Positions 13,032 to 15,596 of a stretch of 15,596 nt of DNA are shown piece after piece; the stretch's first letter is position 1, and each line of letters opens with the position of its first letter. Location: the NCBI GenBank assembly GCA_964373695.1, contig CAYJVT010000018.1:1-15596 (forward strand), read 5' to 3'. Under the pieces are notes generated by a model. It was not told where the DNA came from, did not search any database, and saw only the letters and a list, made by a program, of their open reading frames with translations. The stretch comes from an uncultured archaeon. GTDB lineage: Archaea > Aenigmatarchaeota > Aenigmatarchaeia > GW2011-AR5. The position numbers were made by a program, and so were the translations under genes.

Positions 13032-15194
13032 AGGCCTTTCGAGACCGATTGTTCCACCGTAGCTTGGGACGTATTTTGTCAATCTGTCAAGGCTAAGCTT
13101 GGATTTTCCCGCTCCTTTTCCAAAGCCGAATGACGGCATCTTGAATGCAAAGCCCCCGGCCCCTGCAGCTCTAGCAGGCGCCATTCTTGGCGCTCTCAAG
13201 CTGATGCTCTGAATCTGCCTGAATAAAGGCCTTTGCCTTGGCGCAATTCTTTGCCTGAGTCCGCTGGCCTGCCTTTGCGCGCGCATAGGCCGCAATCCGA
13301 CAGCCTGATCAAATCCGCGCCCGATATCTGAAAATAGGCTCTGACCCCTTTTTGACAGGATCCCTAATGTAGGCGCGGATGACAATGCAGCGCGGTTCGA
13401 TCGCAGCGACAGTCTTGGACTTGACAAAGCATATTGCCTTCTTGCCGCTCTCGGTGTCCTTAGAAACTCTGCCGGCGGGGCTATAGCAACTTCTTTGGCT
13501 TTGCCTGCGCCGCCGATCCTTGGCACGCCTAACAAAGACGGTCCGGTCTTGCGAGACAATGATGGCGGAGCTGATACAGCAGCTAATTGCCGCGCGACCG
13601 GTTCAAGCTTTAGGCCGCCCGTTTTCTGGCGCGTGAATGTCCGCATGCTTGTTTTTCCAATGCTATCAAAACCTTTCAACTTCTCGAAACCGATAAAAGA
13701 TACCTTGCCGCCGAGCATGCCTTTGCCTTTTGGCAGGGTTTGAGAACGTCCAAAAAGAGCGAATGTCGCAGTCTTTATCCTGGCTGGATATGTTATCTTT
13801 TCTCCCATTGAGCCTTTGAAACTCACGCGTCCTGGCCTTGAGATAAATACCGCCTGCTTGGACAAAAGCTGTTCTACGCCAAGTTGCGTTCTTGACGCAG
13901 TAATCAGCTTTGTTTTTGATGGTTGGAATGAGACACTGTCGCCTTTGAAAGACAGGGACTTTGATAAGGAGATGCCAGATGTGACGGCGCCTTTTGTGGA
14001 CATTGTGTCGGTGAATCCTATGCCGACTGATCTGGTGCGCTGCGTAGATGAGATTTCAAATTCCTTGGGCGCGGCTCTGACGGCCGTTCTTGCCAGCGTT
14101 ATCGACTGGGGTTTGAAACCGCCCAGTGTGGCCCTGCTGACAGTCCTTCCGATTGTGAAAGCAGATACCCGTCCTTTCGGCAATACAATAGCTTCGCCTG
14201 ATACAGCTGTGATGGTTCCCATGGATCTTGTAGCTGTCAGCCGTCCTGCAAGTTTTCCGGTCCCTACAATCAAGGCGGCCGCCCCCGCGACTGTTGCGAC
14301 TGCTTCGAACGGCCTTTCCCTAAACAGCTTTACGGTCTGCTGCTTGGCAGATTCCAATTTGAATTTAGCTGGATCGATTCCTGCTTTGACAGTCTGAAAG
14401 AACTTTCTAGGGCCTTCCTTTATGAGGGCTCCGCCATAGACGGCGCCATAGACATAGGGCGTCTCTACAGCGCCCAGCGTAAACTCACGGCCCATAGTCC
14501 CCACGCGCTTTAGCGCGCCAATCGCCTGGTTATCGCCCGGCTTTATATCCAAGAAACTTGTTTTCTGCCGGACAAATTTAAACGATTTGCCAAAGGCTGA
14601 TTCCTCAAATCTTCCGAAAGCGCTGCCTAGTCTTAGCTGGGATTCGGTCGGTTCAGGGCCGGCGGCCTGCCTTTGCTGCTCGGCCAACAGATAGATGTCC
14701 AGCGGCCTTTCGTCCGGCAAAGGCTTGTATGATGGCGATTCGTATTTGCCGACAAGACTGGCTGCTGATTTTGCGCCTTCGCGGTCCACATAATAAAAGG
14801 ACTTTTCCCTGTCTGCGGCCTGCCTTTCACGCTCGCTGATCATGCCGAGCCTTGCCGCAATGCCCGGAGATACCGGGACCTGGCCGCCCCTTATCATCCT
14901 TTCAGATTCTTTCGCCTGCTCTTTCTGAGACTCTTCGAATCTCCTATCCAGCTCTTCTTGCGACAGCGCACGGCCAGTCGATAAAGTTTCTGTGGTTCTT
15001 TCGCTGAACGGCGTGGACGAACCCGAAAGCCGCTCGCCCCTTGATGCCGCCCTTTCAAAAAGCTCTCTGACACCCGGCGACACTGTTTCCCGGCCGGATA
15101 TGATATCGGCCACTCTCTCGGGCTCGTATGCGCCTATGGGTTCGCCCGAGGGCTTTCTGACAATTATCAGATCTCCGCTTGCCATCTTAATCAT
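12954..15194 (-). CDS. 746-aa low-complexity polybasic protein, candidate internal virion/DNA-delivery protein
   Basis: Long ORF coupled to the structural operon; central hydrophobic FEAVATVAGAAALIVGTG; K/R-rich C-terminal half ending RRRRR; start 15194 or 15185. Confidence 0.85.
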   Translation of the reverse strand: MIKMASGDLIIVRKPSGEPIGAYEPERVADIISGRETVSPGVRELFERAASRGERLSGSSTPFSERTTETLSTGRALSQEELDRRFEESQKEQAKESERMIRGGQVPVSPGIAARLGMISERERQAADREKSFYYVDREGAKSAASLVGKYESPSYKPLPDERPLDIYLLAEQQRQAAGPEPTESQLRLGSAFGRFEESAFGKSFKFVRQKTSFLDIKPGDNQAIGALKRVGTMGREFTLGAVETPYVYGAVYGGALIKEGPRKFFQTVKAGIDPAKFKLESAKQQTVKLFRERPFEAVATVAGAAALIVGTGKLAGRLTATRSMGTITAVSGEAIVLPKGRVSAFTIGRTVSRATLGGFKPQSITLARTAVRAAPKEFEISSTQRTRSVGIGFTDTMSTKGAVTSGISLSKSLSFKGDSVSFQPSKTKLITASRTQLGVEQLLSKQAVFISRPGRVSFKGSMGEKITYPARIKTATFALFGRSQTLPKGKGMLGGKVSFIGFEKLKGFDSIGKTSMRTFTRQKTGGLKLEPVARQLAAVSAPPSLSRKTGPSLLGVPRIGGAGKAKEVAIAPPAEFLRTPRAARRQYALSSPRLSLRSNRAALSSAPTLGILSKRGQSLFSDIGRGFDQAVGLRPMRAQRQASGLRQRIAPRQRPLFRQIQSISLRAPRMAPARAAGAGGFAFKMPSFGFGKGAGKSKLSLDRLTKYVPSYGGTIGLERPLRRAPTGRLSGLGVRPLIMPRRRRR

Positions 15195-15486
15195 TGCTCC
15201 AAAGCAGCAGCAGCAAAGCCGCTATCATGACCATAATTAGGACAACAAACTCATTTTTAATGAGACCGAGAACCCTCATCAGGACGCTTGCAATCAGGCT
15301 TATGTACGATGCTGCGAGCGCAGCCTTTAATGCATCCATGTCTCGCCTGAGCATCCCAAGCAGCGATACTATAAAGATGACGGCGAGCAGCACGATGCCG
15401 AAATAATTGTCTGTGGTTGTGTTCGCATACTGGAACAGCGCCGTATAGCTTGACGCATTGACTATTGGAAAGTCTGTAAACGGCAT
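15187..15486 (-). CDS. 99-aa 3-TM protein, putative minor virion protein (intact copy)
   Basis: Three hydrophobic segments; N-terminal NAS and NTT sequons; TGATG coupling upstream. Confidence 0.85.
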   Translation of the reverse strand: MPFTDFPIVNASSYTALFQYANTTTDNYFGIVLLAVIFIVSLLGMLRRDMDALKAALAASYISLIASVLMRVLGLIKNEFVVLIMVMIAALLLLLWSND

Positions 15487-15596
15487 CAGATATCAACCCT
15501 GTTAGCTAGTTTTATGACTTGGAAGACTATATCATTGCTCAAAAGCAGCAGCAGCAAAGCCGCTATCATGACCATAATTAGGACAACAAACTCATT
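15201..15596 (+). repeat. Terminal direct repeat, right copy
   Basis: Matches 1-396; the last 55 bp (15542-15596) also equal 1-55. Confidence 0.95.

Larger units (their letters stand above)
1..15596. mobile_element. Putative complete circular archaeal virus genome, probably spindle-shaped-virus-like
   Basis: Terminal direct repeat; paired two-helix capsid-like paralogues; LamG adhesin; P-loop ATPase; compact operons with ATGA/TGATG overlaps; archaeal TATA and SD signals; no cellular housekeeping genes. Confidence 0.8.

Noticed and set aside
13495-14397. Plus-strand ORFs of 82 and 193 aa, and other antisense ORFs such as 660..1037, 3267..3644, 4348..4740, 6451..6891, 10201..10690
   Set aside because: Shadow frames opposite well-supported genes, with no start signals or recognisable motifs
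12954-15194. Tape-measure protein of a tailed phage
   Set aside because: No terminase, portal, HK97 capsid or tail genes, and no periodic aromatic repeats

Overview
The window looks like a complete, small circular genome (about 14.9-15.2 kb) of an uncultured archaeal virus, most likely spindle-shaped (fusellovirus/His1/PAV1/wyrdvirus-like). Bases 1-396 recur as 15201-15596, and that repeat holds a 341-bp tandem duplication with a chimeric junction, probably an assembly artefact. The minus-strand structural module has two paralogous two-helix capsid-like proteins, a 4-TM protein, a 1058-aa LamG adhesin with about 55 N-glycosylation sequons, two more membrane proteins and a 746-aa polybasic protein. 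Elsewhere are a P-loop morphogenesis-type ATPase fused to an HTH_17/MerR-like domain, a 458-aa candidate replication initiator with a wHTH at each end, about eight small membrane proteins, and small Zn-finger and RHH-like ORFs. Four of these small ORFs are missing from the ORF track. Archaeal TATA boxes, GGTGA/GAGGT ribosome-binding sites and leaderless starts are visible. I found no polymerase, primase, helicase, integrase, glycosyltransferase, peptidase, terminase, HK97 capsid, tRNA or CRISPR. The most interesting points are a type IV prepilin-like leader on the capsid proteins, the ATPase-HTH fusion, the MCM-like C-terminal wHTH on the Rep candidate, and the opposite Asn usage of the two largest virion genes. 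All family assignments are by eye, not from database searches, and the host is unidentified.
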